DNA of 64,000 nucleotides from Hormiphora californensis (taxonomy: Eukaryota > Animalia > Ctenophora). The notes under the pieces were generated by a model. It was not told where the DNA came from, searched no databases, and saw only the letters and a list, made by a program, of their open reading frames with translations. Position numbers and translations under genes: made by a program. The stretch spans positions 3,162,001 through 3,226,000 of the forward strand of contig CM035351.1 of NCBI GenBank assembly GCA_020137815.1, read 5' to 3'. Positions 13,150 through 26,622 of the stretch are shown here, in pieces (position 1 is the stretch's first letter; each line of letters begins with the position of its first letter).

Positions 13150-14372
13150 TCCTACAGACCAGGCAGGGAATCTTCAGGGGTGACCCGGCATACCCCGGGG
13201 TAAACCATGAAGCTCTTGAACTGCCTGGAGCATCTCACATACCACTCCAAGGAAACAGAGCTGCCCTCCTTGGGTGGTGTGTTTTTCTCTCTTCCTTTCT
13301 CTAATCCGCTCATGACTCATCTCTCTCTGAATAGAGATACCCCCGGCCGGTATTACACCATCTCTCCAGCCTTGTGCACTGGGCCAAAGTAGATGGCTAA
13401 ATACCGGCCAAAACCCGTCCTCCAGCAAAAGTCCAGGCTGGAGGAGGTCTAATCTCAACTGGCCCCCCTCTACCTTCTGTCCACCTAGCCTCTGGACAGG
13501 TATAAAAGGTCTAACAAGCTAGGTCATAACTGGTTAGCTACCACCGACTCTCGGCAAAATTCCCACGCCGAGGTCGAGATAAACTCAAGGGGTGTTTCCG
13601 TAGCCCAACAGGGAGAAACTACACTAACCAGTAGCCTCGCTACTACCTACGCTTCTTCAAAAGTCCATGAGAAGCGTAGGAGATTCCCAAATGGCGATTA
13701 CCCCCCAAACGATGAAGGTAACAAACCAACATCATCACTCTCTACCAACAAACAAGCCTCCACAAAAACCTGATCAACAAACAGAACAAACCACTATCCC
13801 ATGCTACAAAACAAATTTCTATGAGTGACGCACATAGATACCTAACCCACTAAACATTTCACACGCCAGAGTTCCGTTAATTGGGAAGGAACCTGCCCTA
13901 ACTACCCCATGAACGGCCGGACGCTGCATCTGCATCACGAACAAAAAGTGATGTTCCATGAACCCACATGGAGTACTGATTACAAATCAGAGGTTGGCAG
14001 CGCAAAATCTACAAAGGTGCCATAGTCAATGGAGCGTCCGAATTGTCCTAGCCAAGGCCACATCTAGAGCGATCAATGCTGAGATGCCACTCACCAAGGG
14101 TCGCTGGAGATATCCGAGACTGGCACAATGTGAAAACAGTGCTGGTGCGGTCCTCTTCATGGGACCTGTTAAGATAGTTATGGGAGACGATTCCACCCTT
14201 ATCTCCAAAACCATGGACATAAGACGGAGGAAGAAAACTCTCCCGGGGGAAAGAGGAAACTCTGGAACCTGAGCTCCGTCCTTCTCGGGCGTGAGGAACT
14301 GGCTGCCGGACGGGATAAAATCACAAGTAGAGGATTGGAAGCGGAGGCGCATACAACAACAACAACAACAAC
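13150..14372 (+). mobile_element. Possible decayed non-LTR retrotransposon 3' fragment ending in (CAA)n
   Basis: Block more GC-rich than its flanks, with short broken reading frames, ending in (CAA)~6 at 14354-14372 (a tail type known from RTE-clade LINEs). No diagnostic RT motif recognised. Confidence 0.3.
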
Positions 14373-14439
14373 CCACCGGGTGGGCGGGTGCTCCTCAAGT
14401 AAGGAGTTTCGACAATCCTTTTTCTTGCCCATTTGACGA

Positions 14440-14710
14440 CAATTTTACTGTTGCCATGGCAACTGTATCGGTAACCATGAAGACTGATTTTTTTAAATTC
14501 ACCCGAAAGTATTCACAAACTCCTAAAAGTGTGAGCAACAGATTTACAGCTTTGGGCACATAAAGTGTTTTATGAAGGAGCACTGTCGCTTAGATACCGC
14601 CTAAGCTTAGATACCGCCTAAGCTTAGATACCGCCTAACGAATGACCTTCAGTGAAGCTTCACTTCGACGTCGTTTATCTCCAAACTATAACTGAGATGG
14701 TATATGTCAC
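14440..14710. mobile_element. Partial inverted copy of the 3588-4054 element with internal (GCTTAGATACCGCCTAA)x3
   Basis: Reverse-complement match to ~3635-3845 plus a local 17-bp triplication. Confidence 0.7.
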
Positions 14711-15392
14711 CCACCGTCAAAATATGCCAAGATTTTTTCAGATCATTGGCGGGGCACGCGAGAAATGTGGCCAGAGCATTGGCCTGACAGTGACAGTAAA
14801 GATTGCCATCTCACCGTTTCCCAAATCTCTATTATTGATTAAATTAAACTGTCAGGCATTACCCACCCTTTCTCTGCAAGGAGCTGGAGAGATTTCAGGC
14901 ATCTCGCTGATAGAAATTGAACCACAACTTTGACAAGCACTGCACCTCCGGAGGTACAGTGCTTGTCTCCCTCGCATGACACAAAGGGAGCTCAGTAAAT
15001 TGAATATACTATGTCGCAAGACCAAGCTGTCGTGATGTTGCACCAATTCATTTCCAAACCATCATAATGAAAATGAAGCGGCACACCTTTTTAGATGTAG
15101 AGCTATGTTAAAGAACTCGCTGAGAACTTCGTCTTGGAATGCGGGGAGCTGTGCCATCCAATTTCATAATGAACCTATTCCATATTATCCTTGCCCCTTA
15201 CTCTAACAGAGCGAATTAGAAATTTTATGAGCTGCCAGTGCCACTTCGTCATGAAGTTCATGGGAACTGGGAGATGGAAAATTTGTTGGGTACATCGTTC
15301 TCAGTTCGGCTGAAGTCTGAAATGGATCTGGAACAAGATCAGATATAAAGTTTCTGATCTGCATATGTCCTCTCTCCTGTCTAACTCTAACA

Positions 15393-15465
15393 CTCATACC
15401 TTGTTACTCAACAACTAATACCTTGTTACTCAACAACTCATACCCTTACTCAACAACTCATACTT
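15393..15465. repeat. ~22-bp tandem repeat x3-4 (CTCATACCTTGTTACTCAACAA)
   Basis: Directly visible. Confidence 0.8.
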
Positions 15466-16774
15466 GGCGCTGCCTGACATCATAACCACGATCACGAATC
15501 TCTTGTCTAGCTAAAACTATAGCAGACTACAAATATATTACTTGAACAATAATACAATATGTTGTCGACGAAAAAACAACCTAAACGCTCTACTCTGCGG
15601 TTTCTGTTCTTTTCCTGCTCTCTCCCCCCTCTCTTTCTCTCTCCATGGCTATCTAAAACCTAACCGCAGTCTACTCTCAGCCTCAAGTTTTAAAGCACAA
15701 ACTCAAATACTGTACGGGTTGCGATCTTCTACACAGTCGTTAACATTTAGACCAGTTATACATAAGTATTATGTGTATGGTTATCCAATATCCCTTCACA
15801 GAATCACAGGCCAGCAAAATATATTTTAAATTTAGAAATGTCAAGTTGACACACAGTTTGTTTGGCAGTCAACAGCCACACAAACTGTGATTGGAACAAA
15901 ATGAAGTGTAAAGTTTACAGACATGTACATTGTACATCCAAATATACATTGTACATTCATTTGTACAAGTAGAATACAACTACCAGCCACTAACCCACTC
16001 TCCCGTTTCAGGCCACAAGTTTGATGAAAAGTCACTGTTTCCCCGACACCTCATGGACCCGGATGCCCCAGGACGCCTCCCAATGAAAAAGAAGGCTGGG
16101 AAGGCGGGATCTAGTACTCGTGCCAGTAGCAGCTCGAACAAAACTCCAACTATCCTTCCAAGACTACGGGCCACCGCCTTCTAGCCGTGACACTCAATTA
16201 TTTAATGGGTCTTGCCAAGACACTATTTAATGGACCCTGGTGTTCATATTTAGGGGTCGGGGAACGGGTCTCAGTTCATGCAAAGACACAAAAAGACTCC
16301 CAGAAGAGTTTAAAATATTTTAGTTTTCGGATTAATTTTTGAGGGTTCAGTTTGCCAGTTTGCCAGAAGAGGGCTGCTATATCCTAGTACAAAACTTTGT
16401 TGAGTTTGGGGTTACACAAGAAACAAAGCTAGGCTTCTGGAGACAATGTGCAAAAAGGCAAAAGCTAAAACGAAAATAAAAAGATACCCATGTCGTAATA
16501 TATATTTGCTGTTGAGTCGGGTTAATCGTGTTATAAATATATCATAGGAACATGCAGAACACGTGGCCGTCAGATGTATCTTCCACGAACAGTGCCACTC
16601 TTTTATGAATGGGTTGCGGGAGGGTATTGTCACGTTTACTGTTTTGGAATGGGCCAGGTGGGCTCTTTTTTTATATGAAGTGAGCTGTTTGGTAAATAAC
16701 CCCGCCTGTTGTGTGTGTGTGTCAGAAATGTTAGAGCATTCTCATTTCTTTCAAATATTAATATGTTAATAAGG

Positions 16775-17225
16775 AACCGCGGTCAGAGCATTCGCCTGAC
16801 AGTGCCAGAACTGTCTGAGCATTGGCCTGACACTGTCAGTGTCAGTCCCAGTCACTCTGCTGTCTGCTGTCCTCGACCCCGTCTTTTCAACGAACGACAT
16901 AACCCAGTGCGCTCAGATCGAGTATGAGGCGCCAGACAGCGTGACAGTATAGTACCACTACCACTACCACAAGAGCTGTCCGGCGACGCCAATCTGAGCG
17001 TGCACTGTCGCCGCCAGAGCTGCCGCTTTACCTTTCTGACAGTGGCGGTACCGACCTGTCTAGCGGCGCCAGATTCCAACTTGATTCTCAAATTATGGGG
17101 CCTAATCTAAGCGCGTGACAGTGCACTCAAATGGGGTCGGCGGCGTCAGACAGGTACCGAGCCGATCTGGCGGTACCGACCCGATCTGAGCGCACTGTCG
17201 CCGCTTTACCGGCCATTTCACCCAG
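16775..17225. repeat. GC-rich repeat-derived block with internal direct and inverted motifs
   Basis: Starts with the dispersed GGTCAGAGCATT.GCCTGACAG motif; contains GTGCGCTCAGATCG / CGATCTGAGCGCAC inverted copies and repeated GGCGGTACCGACC. Confidence 0.55.
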
Positions 17226-17680
17226 TTGATTGTACAAAGTTTAAAAATCTTAGTTTGTAAATTTGTAAATAAATATGATGTGTAACACAATAGATTTTGC
17301 CTCTTTTACAAAAACCATGTCTAATATTGCGGTGAAAAAATAAAATATTTGTCCGGAATACACACATGTAATAAGGGTCATTTCAAACTCCAATAACTCA
17401 TATTAGGACTGGGTGGGGTTTCATCTAAATTACCCTTTGAACCCCCGGGATATGGATGGTTTTCAATAAGCTAAATACGGTATAAATATTGTGGATGTAT
17501 AGAAAAATACGAAATACAACCCAAACGTGTCCGTGGGAACACCATGCAACTACAGAATAATATTTTATAATTGATATTAATTAATATAATTATAAATGCT
17601 ACACCAAACTTCTCAAAATTAGTTGACCAAACTCCAAAAAAATAACACTCGCTCCAAAAAAACATCACAATATTCAATAA

Positions 17681-20655
17681 TCAGTCCCTTTCAATTAGTT
17701 TAATAATCCTGTACTGGCTGTTCGAAAATTCCAACTTGAAAAGTTCAGGATGGTTTTTGACCCGTTCACAAAACACTGTCTTCCCCCTGTTTTCCACATC
17801 CTCCCTATCCCATACTTGGGGAATGGCACAGTTATCAGTGGGCCTGCTCGCGGTACACCAGTTCCGGTCCAGGATAGCATATTGGACTGAGAGGTCCAGG
17901 AGAGTGGCGTGGACCTCTGCTACTGGCTTCCGGCTGAACATCTGTGTGGGGGAGAGGGTGTTAGACATGGGAAGGAAGGGGAGGGTGTTAGAAATGAGAA
18001 GGATGGTGTTAAAATGGGAAGGAAAGGGGAAAGGGTTTTAGAAGTGGGAAGGAATGAGAGGGTGTTAGAGATGTTATGTGTGGAGAGGACCTAAAAATGG
18101 GGAACTTGAAAAGTGGTGAATGAGTCAGAAAATTATTACCTGGTAGACGCGTTTAGTTCTTTCCCTGAGGGCGGAGTCTTCATAGTGGGGGTGATTCACA
18201 ATATTCCGTCCTGTGCTCAACCTGGGGTGGAAAGCAGGTAAAAGGGAGAGATAAACAGGGGAGAATAGGAGAGAAGCAAAATTTCACAAAGATTATTTCG
18301 AATATTTATACACAAAAACCTACAGTTGACATACAACCAACCAACAACCCCCCCCCCCCAATTGACCCCATATATTCACCTAAGGTTGGCCATTATGGGC
18401 ATGCTCCCAGCAAATACAGCATCATGATGGGTATTAGTGGATATCCATTCAAATAACTCTTCCTGGGCGGGGTTGTTATACTCGCCATCCCTCGCCAGAC
18501 TCCTCGATATGTTGTTATACCCAGGTATTGACATGGCCCCCAGCAAGATAAACACTATCATGTACCTGGGAGGGGGGCGTGTTATGGAATCTGGGAGGTG
18601 TTATGGGGTAACATGGGTGGGGAGGTTTAATTAGAGGTACGGATTTAGGGGTAAGATTGATTAGCCCCCCCCCCCCCCCCAAGGACCATGTGTATGATGA
18701 ATGTCAAAGTGCCACGTATTATGATCTGTTATGTCTCATGATCGATGGGTGTGACAGGAATTTGACAGACTAAACATTGTCCTTGAGATGATGAGGAGTA
18801 TCAAATAACTCGTTGAGTACTCAACAACAAATAACTTGTCCCCCCACATAGCACTAACATGAACATAGCTCCCCATATTTTACAGCCCCAGCAGTGACCC
18901 CGGACCCGCTACAAGTACACTCACACACACCCAGTCCGCACACGGTTTGTTGAGTAACCCCTTACTCAAAAACAACGGCGGAGTTTGAGTGAGGGGTCCC
19001 CAATCCCAAACCTCCCTCATAACTACATCCCCCATAACTACCTGCTACACCCCTCTCTCAAACTCCGCCGTTTTGAGGGGCCCTCACCCCACACTATAAC
19101 CTCATAACTACCTGCTCTTGTTGGTTTGTGGTAGGACTGCATTTGAGGCAGCCATGCCGCTCATCACACACATGTATGGTGTCATGAAGAGTTTCAGTCT
19201 CATCAGCAGCACCGCCATCCCTGTGTAGCAGGCCAGCTGGAACACATGATAAGCATACACCCCATCCAACCTACCCTCCTCCACCCCATCCTGGTACAGC
19301 TGGGTGAAGTAGAGGTACCCCAACCTGCCTACCACACAAACCACCACAGGAAGTAGCAGGGTGAGGGTGAGCTTTAGAAAGGATTCAACTCCAATGAAGT
19401 CAAATGCAGGGGAGCATGTATAGAGCATGGTATGGAAGTCTCCGTAGCTGGTGAACTTGGCACGAAGGATGTTGAAGATATGGGCATCGTCAGATAACTG
19501 TAATAGGTAGCCAGAGATAACTTTGTAGAGGGCTGTGATAGTAACAAATATTACCCCATCCACTAGTACAGATCGAATTGTAACTGGGGCAGTCAGAGGT
19601 TTCTCAGTAGCGTTCTTCTTCTGCTTCTTCCCCCCATCTTTGGTCGTGTTCTTCACCTCTTTTGTCGTGCTCTTCTTCACCCACAACTGACGTGAGAGAG
19701 TTAGTAGGATGTTCCCCACCTCATTTTCTTTGTTTCGCCACCATACCAGGGTCCGAAGTGCCACGTAACTCGCCAGGTAGAGAGAACTGATCAACATAGG
19801 ATTAAAGAACTGGAGGACAGCGCCCACCAGAAATGCAACACAGATAGTATCCAGCGCGGGTGTGAGGTGCTCTAGTCTGAAGAGGGTGTGGGCTGCGAAC
19901 AGGGACAGGACCTGGGTGAAGAGGGCAAATGGGCAGAACTGCCAGGGAAGGACGGTAGCCAGAGTGGCCAGGAAGAGGCATGCCAGCCGGGGTTTAGAGG
20001 GGCCGTTCCGGAGGGTTTGGGAGAGGAGTAGGGTTTGTAGGAGGAGGAGTGGAAATGAGAAACTCTCTCTCAGTGGGGGAATCCATTGAACTCGAGAACA
20101 TTCCGAGTGGTTATAGAAGAAGGAAGACACTGCAAGTAGACCACCAAGGATATTTCCAGCTAGATGAGATCCAAAGTAGAACATGATAGAGATCTGGAGA
20201 CCAGCCATCGCGAAGATACAGTTCACATAAAATACCATTTCGTCCCCTAGACCGTCACAGCTAGTAACGGGAGACAGACCGTTGCCTCTATTGATAGTGT
20301 AGCAAGCCTTGAACAGGTGCTCTACATCAAATGCGGCTGTGAGGTGAGAAAAGACCCTGAAAATACCGCCCAGTACAACCTCCGGATACACATTGAACCG
20401 TTTCAAACTGTTAATATGGTTCGGATATTCAGTTCCAGTGTCGTTAACCAGTGCCTGTAGGCCCTCAAGGAATGTGTCTGCCCGGACCATGTTTTTATAA
20501 TACATATAGTAGAACCCTGCCTCTGTCCGGAATGTCATCTCTCGTTCCAGGTCGGAGAGATGAGAGAAGAAACGGTCATTTTCGAAGAGACGAGAGACAT
20601 AGCTGAAGTGAAGATACCCCGCGACAAGGGCCAGGCAGAGAGCAACCAAATTCAT
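17681..20655 (-). CDS. DPY19: DPY19-family C-mannosyltransferase; 4 coding exons (~20655-19112, 18565-18380, 18221-18140, 17941-17681)
   Basis: Family motifs LFENDRFFSHLSDLEREMTFRTE, INSLKRFNVYPEV, PPLRESFSFP, WQF, DFHTMLYTC, MRLKLF, NHPHYED. GT-AG junctions keep frame. Confidence 0.93.
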
Positions 20656-21278
20656 ACCAATCTGTGGGATAAGTAACTGCTAATGGATGATGTTACTGCA
20701 CAGAGGATATTATTTTGACTCAGACGTCACACGCACACTCTCTCTGTACCCTGTATCACATTTCTGCTTGGTACCGCCAAAAGAGGGTACGTGATCCGCG
20801 CGCGGCCGTTTGTGAGGCGAAGTGATGTGCGCTCCCACACCTTACAAGATGAACACACCGCGCGTTACTGCACACACACACACTCCTGTACACGGTGTGT
20901 AGCAATGTACATTTTGTACAATGTATGTTGGGTGTGATACAAGGTACACTACATGCTACTTTCACACACACACATACACACTCGGAGCTGTTTACGTACC
21001 ACGATATATCACATGACCGGAGAGAGATGCTGCACTAACCGGGGGCCCACCGCATTGCTAGAGATATACAATGTGTGTAGTTACGAAGATATAAAACACA
21101 GGTGGATTTATTGTTGCTACTTGTCATGTTGAAGCAGCTGAAATTAATGTTCAAAATATAATAATAATAACCAATATATAAACAATGTAAAAATATTAAC
21201 AAGATAAAAAACTAGATAGATTAAAAAATAAACTCTCCATTTCTCTCCCTCTCTCACACTGCACTTTCCCGCTTTCAC

Positions 21279-23964
21279 TCACTGTACTTTTCTCTTCTTC
21301 ATCAGCCTACTCAGAATCTTATTATCTCTCAGCACCTCTGCATGTTCAACTAAACACCTCTCCAACACATCACTCTCTTGTCCCTCTGCTGCCCCTGCCA
21401 GCGCTCTCAGAACTCTATCAATAACCCCGGTTGCCGCCACAAACTCCCCATGCTTCTCACCATCCAAACACACGGCTGGTATAAACTGGAATTGGTCCAA
21501 TTCCTCGGCAGTAACCCGGGCCATTTCAACCACATGCTCGGGAAAGTTGGCCAGCTTGGCTACATGAACCCCAAAACTCTGGTCACACGGCCCCGGTTGG
21601 ACCTTGTATAGTAGAGCTAGTTGGTCTCCTTCCACCAAGGCACTGACGTGATAGTTAGAAACTGCGGGTTGTACCTCAGCTAGGTTGGTCATCTCGTGGA
21701 AGTGTGTTGCAAAGAGGGCAAGACAACCAATCTCTTTTACTATGTGGTTTGAGATGGACCAGGCCAGACCGAAACCGTCATAAGTCGATGTTCCCCTCCC
21801 CAGTTCATCGATTATTATCAAACTATCACTATCAGCACAGGAGAGAATGGCAGAAGTCTCCAGCATTTCAGACATAAAGGTTGACACCCCTCTGCTTTGA
21901 CTATCACTTGCCCCAACCCGACAATAAATACTGGACAGGATGGAGATTTCAGCAGCTTCACATGGTACAAAACTACCAATCTGGGCCAGGAGACAGGACA
22001 CCCCAACTTGTCGAATGTAGGTACTCTTTCCACCCATATTAGGGCCGGTAATCAGCAGGAATCTTGCCCCATTCTTATCAAGATGTATGTCATTACTAAT
22101 GAATGTAATGTCTGAGTTGCCTTCCACACAGGGATGTCTGGAGCCTGTTAGTTTCACCAGCCCCCTCCCTCGTGGGTGGACGGTAGGGCGGGTGTAGGGT
22201 ATTGGGGCGTTATTAGCAGCGGTAGCAAATCCAACCATGACATCCAGATTTGCTATAAGATTGTTGAGTGATAGAAGTGGGTCGGTGTACCCAGCAGCCA
22301 CTTTCACTACTTCTGCAACAATGCTGCCTTGGAGGGTGGTATACTCTTTTTGGGCCGCCCTGTATCTGGTACCCAGGTCACGTAGTGTTGATGTAGTAAA
22401 GTACACTCCATCCTTCTTGGTGCTGAGGATCTCAAATGCTCGTTTCTGTCTCACCCCCTTCTCGTCTTTCCGTGTCACCCTACAGCAATGTCCATGGACC
22501 GGTGACACCTCTAACTTGACACCCTTACCCTTGTCAGTTTTCAACTGGTGGGCAATATCAGTAAATTCAGCATCTATCTCACCAGTCAGGTCATCCATTT
22601 GGGATCTCAGCTCCGCTAGACCCTCAGTCAAATGTGTGTTTTATCACATACTCCCCCACATCACACTGTTCCAAATCAACTGTAGTCTGGACGAGATCCA
22701 AGAACGATGAGAAATCCTCCTCCAGCTCTCTCAACCGTGTGATGTAAAGACAGTTCACTAGAGTACCATATATACCATCGTAGGTACAAAGGGGTTCTAA
22801 CACCATAGGAATCTGCTTAATCGCCATGTATAGTTTATAACAATCCTGCAGATTACCCCTCCCTCTATCTAACTTCTTTGTTATTCTAAAGAAATCAGGA
22901 ACCCGTTTCAGTGATGCCCCTAACTGCTGCCTCATACCTCCCTCTTCAACTAACATCTCAACAACATCGTGTCTCTCTTTTATCTTAGCAGGGTCTAGAA
23001 GGGGTGATTTCAGCCATTGTCCTAATAACCTCTGTCCCTGAGCGGTTCCACACTGGTTCAACACACCCCACAGAGATGCATGGGATGGTTCAGTAGAGTT
23101 AGCAGGCATGACATTAAGTCCTTGAAACGCAGCACCATCCAGCCTCATTGACAGATGTGGGGCTAGTTCAGTTAGGGTGTACCCCCTTGTATCAGCAGGT
23201 GATATCTCCAGATATTTCACCAGACTACTGACACACCCGAGTAGCGTATCAGTGAACTTGGAGGAGAGACCTGTGTTAGTATCACCTAGCAACCGTACCA
23301 GATCCTTCCGACCCTGATCCACCCCACCGCCGCCTCCCTTCCGGGGCACCTCCAAGACGTGTAGTCGAGATAGGATCTGGGATAGTCTCTTGTATTCAGG
23401 GACAGAGGACGAGACGAGGCACTCTCTTGGTGATATCTGTACCAGTAGGGACTCAAGAGTGCACATTTGCTCTGTGTCTGTGAGTGTACAAAATGAGATC
23501 TCACGTACCATAACATCGATATAAACCACTGAAAACGTCCCTCCAGTCTCCACACTGACACACACAACCCCGGCCGAGTTATCCATATCTGCAGAGTTGA
23601 ATAAGATCTCCTCAAATTGGCTGAGATTACCAGGAGATCCCTTAGCGGTTAATTTCCAACTGTTACCCTCTTTACCATGTAACTCCACACTGTAAAGTCG
23701 AACTAGCAGCAGGTTTCGGAGGAGAGCTTCATAGTTCAGCTTGCTGACTGCAACACTTGGCACCTTATCCTTACCGAGGTGTTTCAGGGCCTCGGGTGAT
23801 TTCAGGAATTCTGTGGCAACAAATTTAGCATCGTCCCGATGAAGTGAGTAGAAGTCCCCTCGGTCAAAGATACGGAGAAGAGAGGAGGGAGAGCGACCCA
23901 GACGGGTTATGTAGGTTGTCAGAGATTCGTCAAGTGGTACGGAGATGTTCTCCGATTCTGGCAT
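21279..23964 (-). CDS. MSH2: DNA mismatch repair protein MSH2, intronless, with an apparent +1 frameshift at 22626-22627
   Basis: RIFDRGDFYSLH, KGSPGNLSQFEEILF, ITGPNMGGKSTYIRQ, GVSTFMSEMLET, IIIDELGRGTSTYDGFGLAW, FATHFHE, DQSFGVHVA. Removing one base joins the two ORFs as HTFD-EGLAELR. Likely start is ATG 23964, just after an AG acceptor. Confidence 0.95.
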
Positions 23965-24102
23965 GTTGCTAAAGGATAAGAGAAATGTGTTAAGCATGAA
24001 TTATAACAGAGAATGGGTCAAATCAGAGTTAACAATGGGAGTTGGGGAAATGAAACAAGTGTGGATTGGATATGTTAAAAACGGTTGTAAACATTGAAGA
24101 AT

Positions 24103-24486
24103 CTAGTTCTTGGGCTTCCTGGATCGTCGCTTGGCGGCTCCCTTGCTCTTCTGGCTCCTCAACAGGACGGATGCTTTTCGCATGGCAGCATCAGACAGGT
24201 CGGGCCTGTAGAAACTTCCAACAGTGGCAGCCTTGATGGCCTTCATGGTCCTCCTGCTTCCTCGGCTCATCCTAGTCTCGATCAGCTTGCCCTTGGACTT
24301 GGTGGTCATGATGACTCCCTTCTCAGCGGCCTTGATTCCAACAATCCTCTTGTTGACAACGCTGGTAGCCTTGAAAGAGTTCTTGGCACTGATATTGTTG
24401 GGGTCCCTAGACAGGGTGGTTCCCAGGCTCCTCACGATGAAGGCCGAGTTGTTACGGATGATGGACCACTGTAGATCGGCAGACAT
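24103..24486 (-). CDS. RPL28: 60S ribosomal protein L28 (eL28), no intron in CDS
   Basis: MSADLQWSIIRNNSAF...DPNN...YRPDL...AAMRKAS signature. Confidence 0.95.
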   Translation of the reverse strand: MSADLQWSIIRNNSAFIVRSLGTTLSRDPNNISAKNSFKATSVVNKRIVGIKAAEKGVIMTTKSKGKLIETRMSRGSRRTMKAIKAATVGSFYRPDLSDAAMRKASVLLRSQKSKGAAKRRSRKPKN

Positions 24487-26353
24487 GACTAACCTGAAAG
24501 GTTGTGACGGTTTAACGATACCATTTAAATGATTCCTACTACGGAGAAAGCGAAATTTCGGGCGTGTGTGGAACGGGACGGGACGCCCGAAATATCAATT
24601 TATTTTTATCTCTAGGCCTAAAATCTCTAGTTAATGTACCAACGCATAGGGATGGAAATATTCTCGACTTAATACTTACTAACATAGAAACTACTTATTC
24701 TAATGTTTTGCTCGAAGAGAATAGTCTTGTAAAGTCGGACCATCTTACACTAAAATGTGAGATAAATTTCAAAAAATCACGCCCTAAGTATAAAAATTGT
24801 AAGAAATTCTCCTATAGAAAAGCTGATTGGGACTCTCTAAATGAAGAGCTTTTAGGAATTGATTGGTTAGGACAGTTCAAGGATCTGTCAGCAGAGCAGT
24901 CCCTACAAGTCTTTAAGTCTAGGTTAGACATTGCACTACGTCATAATGTACCATTAGTCAATGTAAAAATTGGATCACAGCCACCTTGGTATGATGAAGA
25001 ACTACGCCAACTTAAGAAATCGTTCGATAACTCTAGAAAAGCCTTCTTGAAAAATATAGATAGTATTGTTGCTAAAGAGGAATACGAACTCAAAGAACAT
25101 CAATACAGAACACTAGCAATAGAGAAAGAAACATCCTTTCTCGAGCTTTCCTCTATAGATGAACTTACACCAAATGCTAATGTATCAAAGAAATTTTTCA
25201 AACACGTAAAGTCCAAAACGAATAGCACTAGAATTCCTGAGAGAGTATACTTTAATAATCAATTTAGCTCTTCGAGTCGTCGTAAATGTGAAATGTTCAA
25301 TGAATTTTTCTGTAATCAATTCACTGAATCTAGCACCTACAAAGAAACTGTTGATATTGATAGAGATCACACTAATGATTTTAACTCTGAGATATTTAGA
25401 TTTGATGAGATTCTAAAGATTCTAAAAAAGTTGGATGCGTCAAAAGCAACAGGTCCAGATAATATTGACGGTGTTGTACTTAAGAAATGTCATAAATCCC
25501 TAGCTTATCCACTCACCCTTATATTTAATAAATCATACTCAGAGGGATGTATACCAACAGAATGGAAAACCGCGAACGTTGTCCCAGTTTACAAGAAAGG
25601 GGAACGATCATGCGTTGAGAATTATAGGCCTATATCCCTGACTTGCCTTGTTATGAAAGTTTTTGAGAAATTAGTAAGAGAACGCCTGTATAAAGCCTGT
25701 CTAGAAAAAATAACTCCCTACCAGCATGGTTTTGTACCCTTGAAATCATGTACGTCACAACTGATTGAGTTTAATTGTGAATTAGCGTTGAACATAAATA
25801 ACCGAAATCAAACTGATATAGTTTACTTTGACTTTCAGAAAGCATTTGATAGTGTATCTCCCAGTGGTGCTCGATTGAAAATCTTAACTCTATCGAAATA
25901 TTTTGAACGGCAAAATTTGAAGAAAATAGCTCATCTGAACGGCAAAATTCACAATAACCAAAACCAAGCCTCATTTGTGACTAAGTGTGGTCTAATGAAC
26001 AGTTTAGAACCGTAGATAGGCGGTAGATCGGTAAGATAGAGTCAATTGATTTCATAGGCCAAGTGAGACTTAGTCAAAATTTGACAAAATGGCTTATTTG
26101 ATAAGTTAAAATTCAAAACAACCAAAACCAAACCCCATTTGTGACTAAGTGTGGTCTAATGAACAGTTTAGAACCGTAGATAGGCGGTAGATCGGTAAGA
26201 TAGAGTCAATTGATTTCATAGGTCTACTAGTGAGACTTAGTCAAAATTTGACAAAATGGCTTATTTGATGAGTTAAAATTCAACACAACCAAAACCAAAC
26301 CCCATTTGTGACTAAGTGTGGTCTAATGAACAGTTTAGAACCGTAGATAGGCG

Positions 26354-26445
26354 TTGGTAACGCAGTTCCCCCTACATTGCGGGCACGCTAAAACGTGCCT
26401 TACTATCGCAATGCCCTATGTACAGAGGGGTAACTTCGTTACCAA
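26354..26445. mobile_element. 92-bp MITE with 9-bp TSD (Mutator-like) nested in the hAT-like element
   Basis: AGATAGGCG|TTGGTAACGCAGTTCCCC...GGGGTAACTTCGTTACCAA|AGATAGGCG. The two neighbouring repeat units show the empty site. Confidence 0.88.
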
Positions 26446-26552
26446 AGATAGGCGGTAGATCGGTAAGATAGAGTCAATTGATTTCATAGGTCTAGTGAAT
26501 ATTAGTGACACAAATAAGGTATAAAGCCGTTAAAAAACGATAATTTACATCT

Positions 26553-26622
26553 CCGATGTGGCCGAGTGGCTAAGGCGCCATACTTACCACGCGCAAGGTC
26601 CCGGGTTCAAACCCCGCACATG
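26553..26622 (+). pseudogene. tRNA-like sequence (Pol III A and B boxes); tRNA pseudogene or SINE head
   Basis: A box TGGCCGAGTGG, D-arm GCC..GGC, T-arm CGGGTTCAAACCCCG, partial acceptor pairing ATGTG/CACAT. The anticodon stem does not pair. Confidence 0.6.

Noticed and set aside
21279-23997. MSH2 as two genes or a pseudogene (likewise RPL18, RPL23, SLC22)
   Set aside because: Single-base corrections restore full conserved proteins with no other visible decay.
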